The notes under the pieces were generated by a model. The model was not told the origin of the DNA. It was given only the letters and a program-made list of their open reading frames with translations, and searched no databases. Positions 38,124 to 47,098 of a stretch of DNA of 64,000 nt are shown piece by piece. Position 1 is the stretch's first letter; the number at the start of each line of letters is the position of its first letter. The stretch comes from a virus: positions 1 to 64,000 of IMG/VR virus record IMGVR_UViG_3300027714_000011. One strand, written 5' to 3'. The position numbers and the translations under genes are program-made.

Positions 38124-38645
38124 ATGGATAAGAAAATATTATCATTTGAAGAGTATGCAGCTAATAAGAAATTAGACACAACTGATGACGTAGAATTAAC
38201 AGAAGTTGAAGAGACTGAAGACGAAGAAGTTGAAGAGACTGAAGACGAAGAAGTTGAAGAGACTGAAGACGAAGAAGTTGAAGAGACTGAAGACGAAGAA
38301 GTTGAAGAGACTGAAGATGAGGATTCTGACGAAGATGAGGATTCTGACGAAGATGAGAACGTAATAGAATCATGTTCTGAACAACTAAAGAAATGTTATG
38401 AGTCTGCTATCAAAGAAGCATGTACTTATGAAGGTGATGATTATCCTGATCATACATTGGAATCTTATTTAAAAGAAAATGCAACCTTAGTAGCTTCATT
38501 AGCGGCTGAAATGCTAGAACAAGCACATGCAGAACTTGAAAAAGATGATCTTACCGTTGAAACATATGAGAGTTTATTAAATTCCATGAAAGATTCTTAC
38601 AATAAGAAAATAGAAGAATTAAAAGAAACTTGGAGTTCTAAGTAA
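38124..38645 (+). CDS. Highly acidic protein, probable internal head protein
   Basis: MDKKILSFEEY; EVEETEDE repeated five times. Confidence 0.7.
   Translation: MDKKILSFEEYAANKKLDTTDDVELTEVEETEDEEVEETEDEEVEETEDEEVEETEDEEVEETEDEDSDEDEDSDEDENVIESCSEQLKKCYESAIKEACTYEGDDYPDHTLESYLKENATLVASLAAEMLEQAHAELEKDDLTVETYESLLNSMKDSYNKKIEELKETWSSK
38202..38317 (+). repeat. 24-bp coding tandem repeat, about 5 copies
   Basis: GAAGTTGAAGAGACTGAAGACGAA unit. Confidence 0.9.
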
Positions 38646-38668
38646 TGTAATTTGAGTATCATCGAATT

Positions 38669-38710
38669 AAACTTTTTAAAAGGTTCATGTATAATACATG
38701 GACCTTTTTT
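38669..38710 (+). promoter_or_regulatory. AAAC-N17-TATAA motif overlapping a terminator-like hairpin
   Basis: AAAC 38669-38672, TATAA 38690-38694 at the apex of AAAAGGTTCATGTAT-A-ATACATGGACCTTTT. Confidence 0.6.
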
Positions 38711-38724
38711 ATTTAAGAGATATT

Positions 38725-39231
38725 ATGCCTAGAATACCAGTAGATTTAATTTATATGCAAATGGCTTATCAAATAGCCAAACTATCATACGCCAAAAGAC
38801 GTCGAGTGGGATGTGTTATCGTCAAAGATACGCAGATTATATCTACGGGCTATAATGGAACTCCATATAATTTCGACAATGATTGTGAAGAAATACAAAC
38901 CAGATATGTTGACAATCCAGACCATATGTTAATACTAACAGAAAAGGGATATGATTGTGACAGAGGCTGCTGTTCTAAAGAAGTAACTAAACGTGAAGTA
39001 TTACACGCAGAATCCAATGCATTGGCAAAAATCAGTAAGTCTACACTTTCATCTGAAGGTGCAGATCTTTATACTACTACGTGTCCATGTTTTGATTGTG
39101 CAAAGTTAATCATTCAATCAGGTATCAAGAGAGTTTATTTCTCTGAAGATTATAGAGATATGAGTGGTGTTGAATTATTAAAAAGTGCAGGAATCGAAGT
39201 AAAAGAAGTTATATGTTGGAACGCGGAATAG
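38725..39231 (+). CDS. dCMP deaminase
   Basis: VGCVIVKD, GYNGTP, HAESNA, PCFDCAKLIIQSGI; start placed at ATG 38725. Confidence 0.93.
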   Translation: MPRIPVDLIYMQMAYQIAKLSYAKRRRVGCVIVKDTQIISTGYNGTPYNFDNDCEEIQTRYVDNPDHMLILTEKGYDCDRGCCSKEVTKREVLHAESNALAKISKSTLSSEGADLYTTTCPCFDCAKLIIQSGIKRVYFSEDYRDMSGVELLKSAGIEVKEVICWNAE

Positions 39232-40943
39232 ATGAAATTATAGATAGTGCACTGAACGGCAATTCGTTTGGTGAAGATTTTAAATTCCGAAAGGGACAAC
39301 GAGAAATTATTACAAAGATATGTGAAACTTATTTAGAGGATCCTAAATCAACCTTAGTAATTGATGCACCAACAGGCGCCGGTAAATCACTGATTGCTAT
39401 GTGGTCTGCTCATATACTAAAAGAATTAGGTAATAAGGGCTACATGGTAACTAGTGACCTGAGTCTTCAGGATCAATATGAGTCTGACTTCTATAAATAT
39501 GGTTTGAGATGGCCATCAATTAAAGGTGTAGATAATTATGAATGTTCTGTTAATGGTTTACCTTTTTCTCTTGGAGATTGTAAACTTAAAGGTATGGGAT
39601 ATGAACAAGCTGAACAATTAGATTGTTATAGTACATGTGATTATTTACAAAACAGAAAAAGAGCAATCAATTACCCTATTTCATTATTGAATTATTCGTT
39701 TTGGTTAATTCAAAGAAATTATGTCGATGCTAAAATGAGACAAGACGATCGTACTGTTCCATTTGAACAGAGAAACTTTGTTTTCTTTGATGAAGCACAT
39801 AGAATAGATGACATAGTACAGAGTCATTTTAGTCCTCGAATAGATCCAACCGTAGTTGATAAAATGGTAACTTTAAATAGATTCGCCAGTAAACAAGGGT
39901 TTCAAGAAGCTACGTATACTAAAAATAAAATACAACATCTTGTAAATCAAATGATGGTTGGAGGAAAGGCAGATGTTTTTTCTGCCATGGTAGAATTTGA
40001 AAGAATTTTGCATGGTTTTGGTAAAGTTAGGCAAGCTGCAAACAAAATAGCAAAAAAAAGATATGGAAGTGCAGGTGTTCCAAAAGATTGGCAAACTTCA
40101 TTTGGACATTTCGATAGGCTCAAGGATATACATTGTAAATTTGAAGATTATTTACGTTTAATAAAAGAGGTCGGTGTTGATAAAATGGTATTGGATCAAA
40201 ACGAATATGAAGCTAAATTCATGTGTGTCGAAGAAAGTCTAATGATCAATAAGTATTTACATGAAAAGGCAGACTTTAAAGTTTTTATGAGTGCAACAAT
40301 AGGTGATCCAAAGGCTTTTGTTAAAATAATGGGAATTAAGAATGCTAAGTTCATTAGAATGGAGAACGCGTTCAATTATGACAAATCTCCTATAGTATTT
40401 GTTAATAGACATAAGCTTTCTTTCAGAGAAAGAGAAAAGAGCTTACCTAAAGTTGTAGAAATATTAGATCAGATTATAAGTAAACATAAAGGGCAGCGCG
40501 GAGTTATACACACTGGATCTTATGCATTTACTAATTTTATAAAACAAAACTCAAAACATACGTTTAGGCTCATGGATTATGAAAACTCCAAAGAGAAATC
40601 TGTAATGTTAGATTTGTTTAAAAAGAAAGAAGCTGCTGTATTGATGGGACCGTCGTTATTAGAAGGTTTAGATTTAAAGGATGATATAAGTAGATTTCAA
40701 ATATTCTTTAAAGTTCCATACCCATCATTAGGTGATCCTTTAATTAAAGCTAAAATGCAAACGTCAAATGAATGGTATGATTGGAAAACGGGAATCAGTA
40801 TTATGCAAGGTGTTGGAAGATCTGTAAGAAGTGAAAATGATTGGGCAGTGACATATGTGTTAGATGCGTGTTTCAGGAGTTTGATATATAAACCAGGATT
40901 CTTCCCTCCAAGTTTCACAGAGAGGGTCAAGACTATAAAATAA
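39213..40943 (+). CDS. DinG/XPD-like SF2 helicase
   Basis: FRKGQ, DAPTGAGKS, FDEAH, MSATI, EGLDL, KVPYP, QGVGRSVRSEND; Cys cluster. Confidence 0.9.
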   Translation: MLERGIDEIIDSALNGNSFGEDFKFRKGQREIITKICETYLEDPKSTLVIDAPTGAGKSLIAMWSAHILKELGNKGYMVTSDLSLQDQYESDFYKYGLRWPSIKGVDNYECSVNGLPFSLGDCKLKGMGYEQAEQLDCYSTCDYLQNRKRAINYPISLLNYSFWLIQRNYVDAKMRQDDRTVPFEQRNFVFFDEAHRIDDIVQSHFSPRIDPTVVDKMVTLNRFASKQGFQEATYTKNKIQHLVNQMMVGGKADVFSAMVEFERILHGFGKVRQAANKIAKKRYGSAGVPKDWQTSFGHFDRLKDIHCKFEDYLRLIKEVGVDKMVLDQNEYEAKFMCVEESLMINKYLHEKADFKVFMSATIGDPKAFVKIMGIKNAKFIRMENAFNYDKSPIVFVNRHKLSFREREKSLPKVVEILDQIISKHKGQRGVIHTGSYAFTNFIKQNSKHTFRLMDYENSKEKSVMLDLFKKKEAAVLMGPSLLEGLDLKDDISRFQIFFKVPYPSLGDPLIKAKMQTSNEWYDWKTGISIMQGVGRSVRSENDWAVTYVLDACFRSLIYKPGFFPPSFTERVKTIK

Positions 40944-40954
40944 AATCTATTATT

Positions 40955-41815
40955 ATGAAAAAACTACTTGCAATTATCTCATTAATTATGTTAGCTAGTT
41001 GTGGTACAATTAGATTAGGATTTAATTCACAACCTATTCCAGTATCTAATGTTAATGTACAACATCCTGTTAAAACATACACTACAAATTTTCAAACATT
41101 TAAGAATTTAAACCCTGAAGATCTTGGATTACATAGCACTGGTAATTGGGTACATTGTAGAACTCATGGTTTTCATGATTTAAACGATTGGACTGACTTT
41201 AGTTATTCACCTCGCTTTTGCAGACCTAGTCAAGGATTTACGCAAGCTGCTCAGTGGAATTGGAATTGGGGAGGAGCAAATCACTGGAACAATAGTTGGA
41301 TGTGGAACCCTAGATATAGATTTGATTATTTTGGAAATAATTGGTCACCGTGGATGGGCAATGCTCACTATGGATATTATGGAAATTACGGGTATTATGG
41401 ATATAACAACTGGAACTATGTACCTTATCGCTGGAGAAGATCTAACATGAACGGAAGAAGATCAAATTCATTTAGAACTGGAACATCAATAAGATCAACA
41501 CGACCTGTTAGGGTTATTAGAAGCACTAACACAGTTGTACCTTCAAATACTAGACCAAGAACTATTAGAAGTAGCGAAACAAGAGTTATTAAACCAAGAA
41601 GAACTCAAACAATAATTCCACCAGTTAGAACAAACACTAGACCCGTTAGAACTAATACAAGACCAGTTAGAACAAACACTAGACCTGTTAGAACTAATAC
41701 AATACCAGTTATTAGAAACAATAATACGCGACCTACATATAACAATAACACAAGATCTAATAATACTAGATCAACTGCGACTACTAGAAGATCTAATACT
41801 AAGAAAGATAACTAA
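40955..41815 (+). CDS. Lipoprotein with W/Y/N/G-rich middle and R/T/N-rich tail
   Basis: MKKLLAIISLIMLASC lipobox; PVRTNTR repeats. Confidence 0.75.
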   Translation: MKKLLAIISLIMLASCGTIRLGFNSQPIPVSNVNVQHPVKTYTTNFQTFKNLNPEDLGLHSTGNWVHCRTHGFHDLNDWTDFSYSPRFCRPSQGFTQAAQWNWNWGGANHWNNSWMWNPRYRFDYFGNNWSPWMGNAHYGYYGNYGYYGYNNWNYVPYRWRRSNMNGRRSNSFRTGTSIRSTRPVRVIRSTNTVVPSNTRPRTIRSSETRVIKPRRTQTIIPPVRTNTRPVRTNTRPVRTNTRPVRTNTIPVIRNNNTRPTYNNNTRSNNTRSTATTRRSNTKKDN

Positions 41816-41825
41816 AATAAATTAA

Positions 41826-42056
41826 ATGGGATTTAACAAATTATGGCTTCCGGAAATAGAACGCCTAGAATTACAACTAAAAGAAATTGGAGAAATAGAA
41901 TTTGGTAAACATTGGTTGAGGCGATTTCAAAAATCTGATGCTACTATAGGATCTAATGAGTCACATGCTTTTATTAAACCTTTTACAGATTTAGCGTATA
42001 AAGAAAGCAAACTAATATTTGTAAACGATGAATTGGCTACAGATATTAAAAAATAA
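41826..42056 (+). CDS. Hypothetical protein
   Basis: 76-aa ORF. Confidence 0.6.
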   Translation: MGFNKLWLPEIERLELQLKEIGEIEFGKHWLRRFQKSDATIGSNESHAFIKPFTDLAYKESKLIFVNDELATDIKK

Positions 42057-42669
42057 AATAATGGGGAAACAACAAAATAGTAATTTTTATGTTTGGGTTA
42101 AATCCGAACGAGTTGGACAAATAGTAGAGGTTTCTGAAAATCAAACAGATTCTATGTTTTTGCAATTTACAGATGGAACTCAATGTAATTCACAATTACT
42201 AAGCGAGTTTTTACTTCCGGCTCCAAATGAAGATGCAGCTATACAAATAGCCAAAGATTTCGGAGGTATTACTACATTCAATACTGAAAATGCAACACCA
42301 GTGAGACCTCGTAGAGATGTTGAAACAGTAGACGCTACTCCAGTTAGACCACGTAGAGATCCAGAACCATCTGCTGAAATTAATGTAATGCAAGAGATGC
42401 TCAAAAAGATGAGCACTAAGAATAAAGCGGCTATGCCAGTTGAGATTAATATTCCTTCCAAAGAAATATATGCATTACTTAAAGATCAAATGGATATAAC
42501 CAAAAAGGATTTAAATAATCAGATTTCGGCTCTTGTAGAAGATCAGATAGATAATTTAAGAGAACAACTAAAAGAACAAATAGAATCATTTATTAATAAT
42601 TATTATAATGGAAGAACAAGCAACACAAAAGGTAGAAAGTCAGACTCAACAGAATCAGGAAATTCCTAA
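42028..42669 (+). CDS. Hypothetical protein
   Basis: 213-aa ORF (alternative start 42061); ATPVRPRRD repeated twice. Confidence 0.7.
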   Translation: MNWLQILKNKIMGKQQNSNFYVWVKSERVGQIVEVSENQTDSMFLQFTDGTQCNSQLLSEFLLPAPNEDAAIQIAKDFGGITTFNTENATPVRPRRDVETVDATPVRPRRDPEPSAEINVMQEMLKKMSTKNKAAMPVEINIPSKEIYALLKDQMDITKKDLNNQISALVEDQIDNLREQLKEQIESFINNYYNGRTSNTKGRKSDSTESGNS

Positions 42670-43030
42670 TCGCAGAGAACGTAGACTTAGATTAAAACAA
42701 CAAGGCATATTAAAATACCTTAGTAAGAAGAACTTCTTAGATCCTATTAGAGCCAATTTTCGTGCAGAAAATATTAAGAATGGTTTTAAGATTCAGGAAA
42801 TTAGACGCAAGAAAATTGAAGCTGAACAAGAGGCTCTATTTGAAGCTAAGTTAGAAAGTATGAAAGAAACTTGGTATGATATAGGTTATAACTCAGAAGA
42901 AATGGGGTGGTTGGAAGAAGTTGCGGCGATCCACTTTGCAAAAGTTAAAGAAACTTATCGCGAAGACAAGAAAGAGGCAAAAGAATTAATCAAGAAAGCT
43001 AAAGCATCTTTAGCTGCTAGAACTATTTAA
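42608..43030 (+). CDS. Hypothetical protein
   Basis: 140-aa charged helical ORF. Confidence 0.65.
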   Translation: MEEQATQKVESQTQQNQEIPNRRERRLRLKQQGILKYLSKKNFLDPIRANFRAENIKNGFKIQEIRRKKIEAEQEALFEAKLESMKETWYDIGYNSEEMGWLEEVAAIHFAKVKETYREDKKEAKELIKKAKASLAARTI

Positions 43031-43033
43031 TAT

Positions 43034-43354
43034 ATGTTAAGCATCGGTATAGAGCCAGCAGACAATGGCGTAATTAAAACATTAGTAGACGATAATGTAA
43101 ACGGAGGTGGAGAAGAATTCGAATCTAGACATGTCTATGAATTTACCGGACCAATGATGAGATCTAATCAAGTTAAATTTATAAAGGATTTAGTATTTGA
43201 TTTAGGCATGGATGTAGGAACAGAACTAGATCCAGATTTTTTACAGATATATGTCGGTTGGGGTAAACAGTACACTGGATCTGACAGTGAAATTAAAAAT
43301 AAAATCCAAATTTTAGAAAAGGAAATCAAAAGACTTGGATCACTAATAAAATAA
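43034..43354 (+). CDS. Hypothetical protein
   Basis: 106-aa ORF. Confidence 0.65.
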   Translation: MLSIGIEPADNGVIKTLVDDNVNGGGEEFESRHVYEFTGPMMRSNQVKFIKDLVFDLGMDVGTELDPDFLQIYVGWGKQYTGSDSEIKNKIQILEKEIKRLGSLIK

Positions 43355-43755
43355 TGGAATTAAAAGTAGAAGGAGTTTGGTGTAAAACAAGAACTGAGTT
43401 TGATAAATTATCGAAGAATGGTAATTATGATTTATCTCTGTCTTATTATGATATCTTTAATCGTTTAATTAAGAGCGACCCTGATAACATGGAACCATCC
43501 AACATTATTATTTCTATTTACATTAGAAAAACAATTCAAAAAGTATTAAGGGATCTTGAAGAAAAAGAAGACATCAAGATCCTTTATATGTTTAAATCCC
43601 TGAGCACAGAAACAGTTACTGGATTCAGAGAATTTATTAATACATTGGTTGATGAAGATTGTGAATTAGATCTATTGGTAGTTAACAGGTGTGACTTCCC
43701 TAAAACCGGCGTGTTGAGTAAATTTGACAATGTTAGGTTTTTAGACAATGATTAA
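43354..43755 (+). CDS. Hypothetical protein
   Basis: 133-aa ORF, translationally coupled. Confidence 0.65.
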   Translation: MELKVEGVWCKTRTEFDKLSKNGNYDLSLSYYDIFNRLIKSDPDNMEPSNIIISIYIRKTIQKVLRDLEEKEDIKILYMFKSLSTETVTGFREFINTLVDEDCELDLLVVNRCDFPKTGVLSKFDNVRFLDND

Positions 43756-44347
43756 ACACAAAATCTTTACTAAGGGTGATCAGATACATGCCCTTATTTC
43801 TACTACACAACAACCCAATCTTTTAATTCCAGTTAGGGCAACTATATACGATGTCAAATTCGATGACATCAATCCACAATATCAAATTAGAATTAAAAAG
43901 TTTTATGATCCTGTTTATTTTTTAAAAAAGAATTTATTCGGTGGTAGGTTTATTAAAAACTTTGAAGGAAAAGATACTAGAATTAATTTAAAGAGGGCAC
44001 TTTATCCAACAGTAGATGACATTGAAAATAATATATTTAATGGAGCTAAATGGAAACAATATCTAATATTAGTGGATTCTGTTTTTTGTACTCGCACTAG
44101 AGCTGAACAAGAATTACTATTTAACAATATCCAAACATTTCATATAGAAATGAAACTTAAGGAATTATATGAACTGGTTAATAGATCAGTTTATCGTAAT
44201 GGACAATTCTATTGGCATACTAAAGGTGAATATATAAAATCTCTACAAAAATTCTTAGGAGATAAGTATCCAAATGATTCAAAATGGTCTGATAGTTTAC
44301 TCTATAGACCTGATACTGATGAAATGGACAACGTAGAGTGGAATTAA
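43748..44347 (+). CDS. Hypothetical protein
   Basis: 199-aa ORF. Confidence 0.7.
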   Translation: MIKHKIFTKGDQIHALISTTQQPNLLIPVRATIYDVKFDDINPQYQIRIKKFYDPVYFLKKNLFGGRFIKNFEGKDTRINLKRALYPTVDDIENNIFNGAKWKQYLILVDSVFCTRTRAEQELLFNNIQTFHIEMKLKELYELVNRSVYRNGQFYWHTKGEYIKSLQKFLGDKYPNDSKWSDSLLYRPDTDEMDNVEWN

Positions 44348-44400
44348 TATATTATCCTACCACATTACGTAGATATATATAAAAAACAAACTGCGTACAC

Positions 44401-46242
44401 ATGCCAGGAATTCAAGACGATGCAAATTTTATTTTTAAGAAGGTTTTAAATATAGCCGATGAAACTAGTGGAGTTGACGTTACTCATTATTTTTATGACG
44501 ACGTTAAACAAGGAAAAGAAATTTCAACTACTCAGAAAAAAACAGGGGCATTAGATTCTGCTCCTAAGGAACCAACAGATACGGCAGGTACTGGGAAAAC
44601 TACACTAAATACAGAAAATCTTTTTGGAGAAGCTACTGCAGGCGAGTCTATGTACCCTAACAAAGGTGTAGATTCTAGATCATATACAATAGGAGCAGTA
44701 ACCAGCGGATCGGAGGGAACTAAAATTGAAAACAAAGGAGATACTGTAAATTTAGGTAAAGCTCCTAGATCATTATTCAATAACTGGGCTTTACATAAAT
44801 ATAGAAATAGACACGGTCAAACTTACGGAGATGATTCAAGTGAGACTACTGGAGCACACTATAATAAACCAGTAATGTCTGGTAATGATGTTAATAAAAT
44901 TCTAAACCCTACTGCTAGAAATATTGTAGAATATGCTACAAAAACAGGTGGAGAATGTTTTTCTTATAGCTATAGTGATTTTATTCAGATGGAACACTAT
45001 GGTCAAATATCTAATGATTATTTAATTACTCTTAGGAGATTTGCATACCCTATTGGAGATGATTTATTTTCACCTAAAATAAAAGGAGCTTCGGAGGTGA
45101 TGGTAGATGCATCTGCGCCTGATTTGGCTAGAGCGGTAACATGGTTGTCGCCAGCGCTGGGTAATGATTTAAAGGAAATCTTAAAATTTAAAACTGGTTT
45201 TAAATGGACTGAAGCTAAATCGGAGATACAAGATGCGCAATCACAATCAAAAGATACTGGTTCAGTGGGTGCTGCTATCGCAAAAAGTCCTACTGGTTCC
45301 GCTATCGAATCCGGGTTAAATGGGTATACATCTGTTCAAGCTAAAAAACTTAGAAACGTAGGTAACGTAGATCATGCAAAATCTACATATCCCAATAAGG
45401 TTTTTGGGCCGCTCAATATAATAGATCAAGTATTAGCTAGAGATAAGGGTTTAAAATTTGAACAAGAATTTAAATTATCCTTTCATTACGATCTTAAATC
45501 ATATCCAGGTACCAGTCCTAAGGTTGCATTTATGGACACGATGGCAAACATATTGTCATTGACTTATAATAATGCACCGTTTTGGGGAGGAGCAACTAGA
45601 TTTAGTGGTTCTGGAAAAACAGGTAAACCTTTTGGTGATGCTAAATTGTTAGCAAAGGGTGATTATGCAGGTTATATAGGCTCTATCGCTGATACGTTGG
45701 CAGGAATGGGAGGTAATTTTATGGACCAACTTAAGAAAACTGCAAGTAATATTGGTAGTGGTGCCGGACTTAATAAAATATTAGGAGATTCTTCTATTCT
45801 TGAAAATATAGTTGGTGGTGGATTAATGAAATTATTGGGAGGACCAAGTGGTGGTGATGTTATTAAAGCATTTTTAACTGGTGATCCTACTGGCCAACAT
45901 CATTTAACTGTAGGTAATCCAATGAATCCTATTATGGTTTGCGGAAACTTAGCATTACAAGATACAGAATTTGAATTTCAAGGACCTTTGAGTTTTGAAG
46001 GATTTCCAACTAAATTAAAAGTAGTTATAAGTTTAAAACCGGGTAGACCTAGAGATAAAACAGATATTGAATCTATGTTTAACGCTGGTAGAGGTAGAAT
46101 ATATTTACAACCAGAATGGGGTGAAGGTGAAGGTATAGATATAGATGCTATGTTTAACGTTGACGCATATGGTGGAAAAGCAGGAAAAAACATTACTAAT
46201 GTACCTTACATGAGTAGAGTATCTGATATGTCTGTAGGATAA
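44401..46242 (+). CDS. Probable baseplate/tail-tube junction protein
   Basis: First gene of structural module after late motif; HLTVGNPMNPIMVCGNL...GFPTKLKVVISLKPGRPRD resembles tube-cap-type proteins. Confidence 0.5.
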   Translation: MPGIQDDANFIFKKVLNIADETSGVDVTHYFYDDVKQGKEISTTQKKTGALDSAPKEPTDTAGTGKTTLNTENLFGEATAGESMYPNKGVDSRSYTIGAVTSGSEGTKIENKGDTVNLGKAPRSLFNNWALHKYRNRHGQTYGDDSSETTGAHYNKPVMSGNDVNKILNPTARNIVEYATKTGGECFSYSYSDFIQMEHYGQISNDYLITLRRFAYPIGDDLFSPKIKGASEVMVDASAPDLARAVTWLSPALGNDLKEILKFKTGFKWTEAKSEIQDAQSQSKDTGSVGAAIAKSPTGSAIESGLNGYTSVQAKKLRNVGNVDHAKSTYPNKVFGPLNIIDQVLARDKGLKFEQEFKLSFHYDLKSYPGTSPKVAFMDTMANILSLTYNNAPFWGGATRFSGSGKTGKPFGDAKLLAKGDYAGYIGSIADTLAGMGGNFMDQLKKTASNIGSGAGLNKILGDSSILENIVGGGLMKLLGGPSGGDVIKAFLTGDPTGQHHLTVGNPMNPIMVCGNLALQDTEFEFQGPLSFEGFPTKLKVVISLKPGRPRDKTDIESMFNAGRGRIYLQPEWGEGEGIDIDAMFNVDAYGGKAGKNITNVPYMSRVSDMSVG

Positions 46243-46256
46243 AATTATTAAAGATA

Positions 46257-47093
46257 ATGGAATTTAAAATATTTAAGAATAAAAACTTAAGCAAAGATAA
46301 GGACAAATTATATTTGGCTCAACCTACTATGCTTTTTAAAAGCTTGGATCCAAGCGAATACTATATGATTGCTAAGCATACGGTGAAAGATGATGATATA
46401 GTTAGACCAGATAGGATTGCTGTAGAGCACTACGGGTCTACTGAAGGTTTAGATATTATTTTAAAATTTAATGGTGTTCAGGATCCGTTTTCTATTAACA
46501 TAGGCGATACTCTTTGGATTCCAATAGATTCTATTCCTTATTTTAGATTAGATTCACCACAAATGTATGAGGAAAATCCAATTAAGAATCAGTTTATTCA
46601 AACAAAAAGATTGAGTAAAACAGATCAAAGAAGATTAGCGGCTCTTAAGAAAAAATATAACAAAGAAACTTTATTGCCACCTAATGTAATACCAGTTGGC
46701 AGAAAGAATTATGAATTTGACGGAACTAACGTTAGATTGGGTATGGGACCACAGACTGATGCTGTAGTTAATTCTATTTTAAAAGATATCGATAATTCAA
46801 GTTTTGATACAGACTCTAGTGATGACACAGAGGTTAGTCTAGTAATAGACACTTCAGATAATTCACAAACAAAGGATAGTGGAGCTGGTAGTGGAGCTGG
46901 AAAATCATATGAAGATAGCTTAAATGACAATAACGGTAAAGTTGATAGAGATAAGAACGGAACTGGTAGTGAAACCGGAGGAGGAAAAACAGACACTGCT
47001 GATGATTTAGGTGGAGACGAACCTGATGGAACTGCCCCTGGAAATAAAGATGACAACCCAACCAATAATCCAGATGCACCATGTGCTAAATAA
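46257..47093 (+). CDS. Baseplate wedge protein (T4 gp53/LysM-like)
   Basis: HTVKDDDIVRPDRIAVEHYGS...ILKFNGVQDPFSINIGDTLWIP. Confidence 0.7.
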   Translation: MEFKIFKNKNLSKDKDKLYLAQPTMLFKSLDPSEYYMIAKHTVKDDDIVRPDRIAVEHYGSTEGLDIILKFNGVQDPFSINIGDTLWIPIDSIPYFRLDSPQMYEENPIKNQFIQTKRLSKTDQRRLAALKKKYNKETLLPPNVIPVGRKNYEFDGTNVRLGMGPQTDAVVNSILKDIDNSSFDTDSSDDTEVSLVIDTSDNSQTKDSGAGSGAGKSYEDSLNDNNGKVDRDKNGTGSETGGGKTDTADDLGGDEPDGTAPGNKDDNPTNNPDAPCAK

Positions 47094-47098
47094 TAAAT

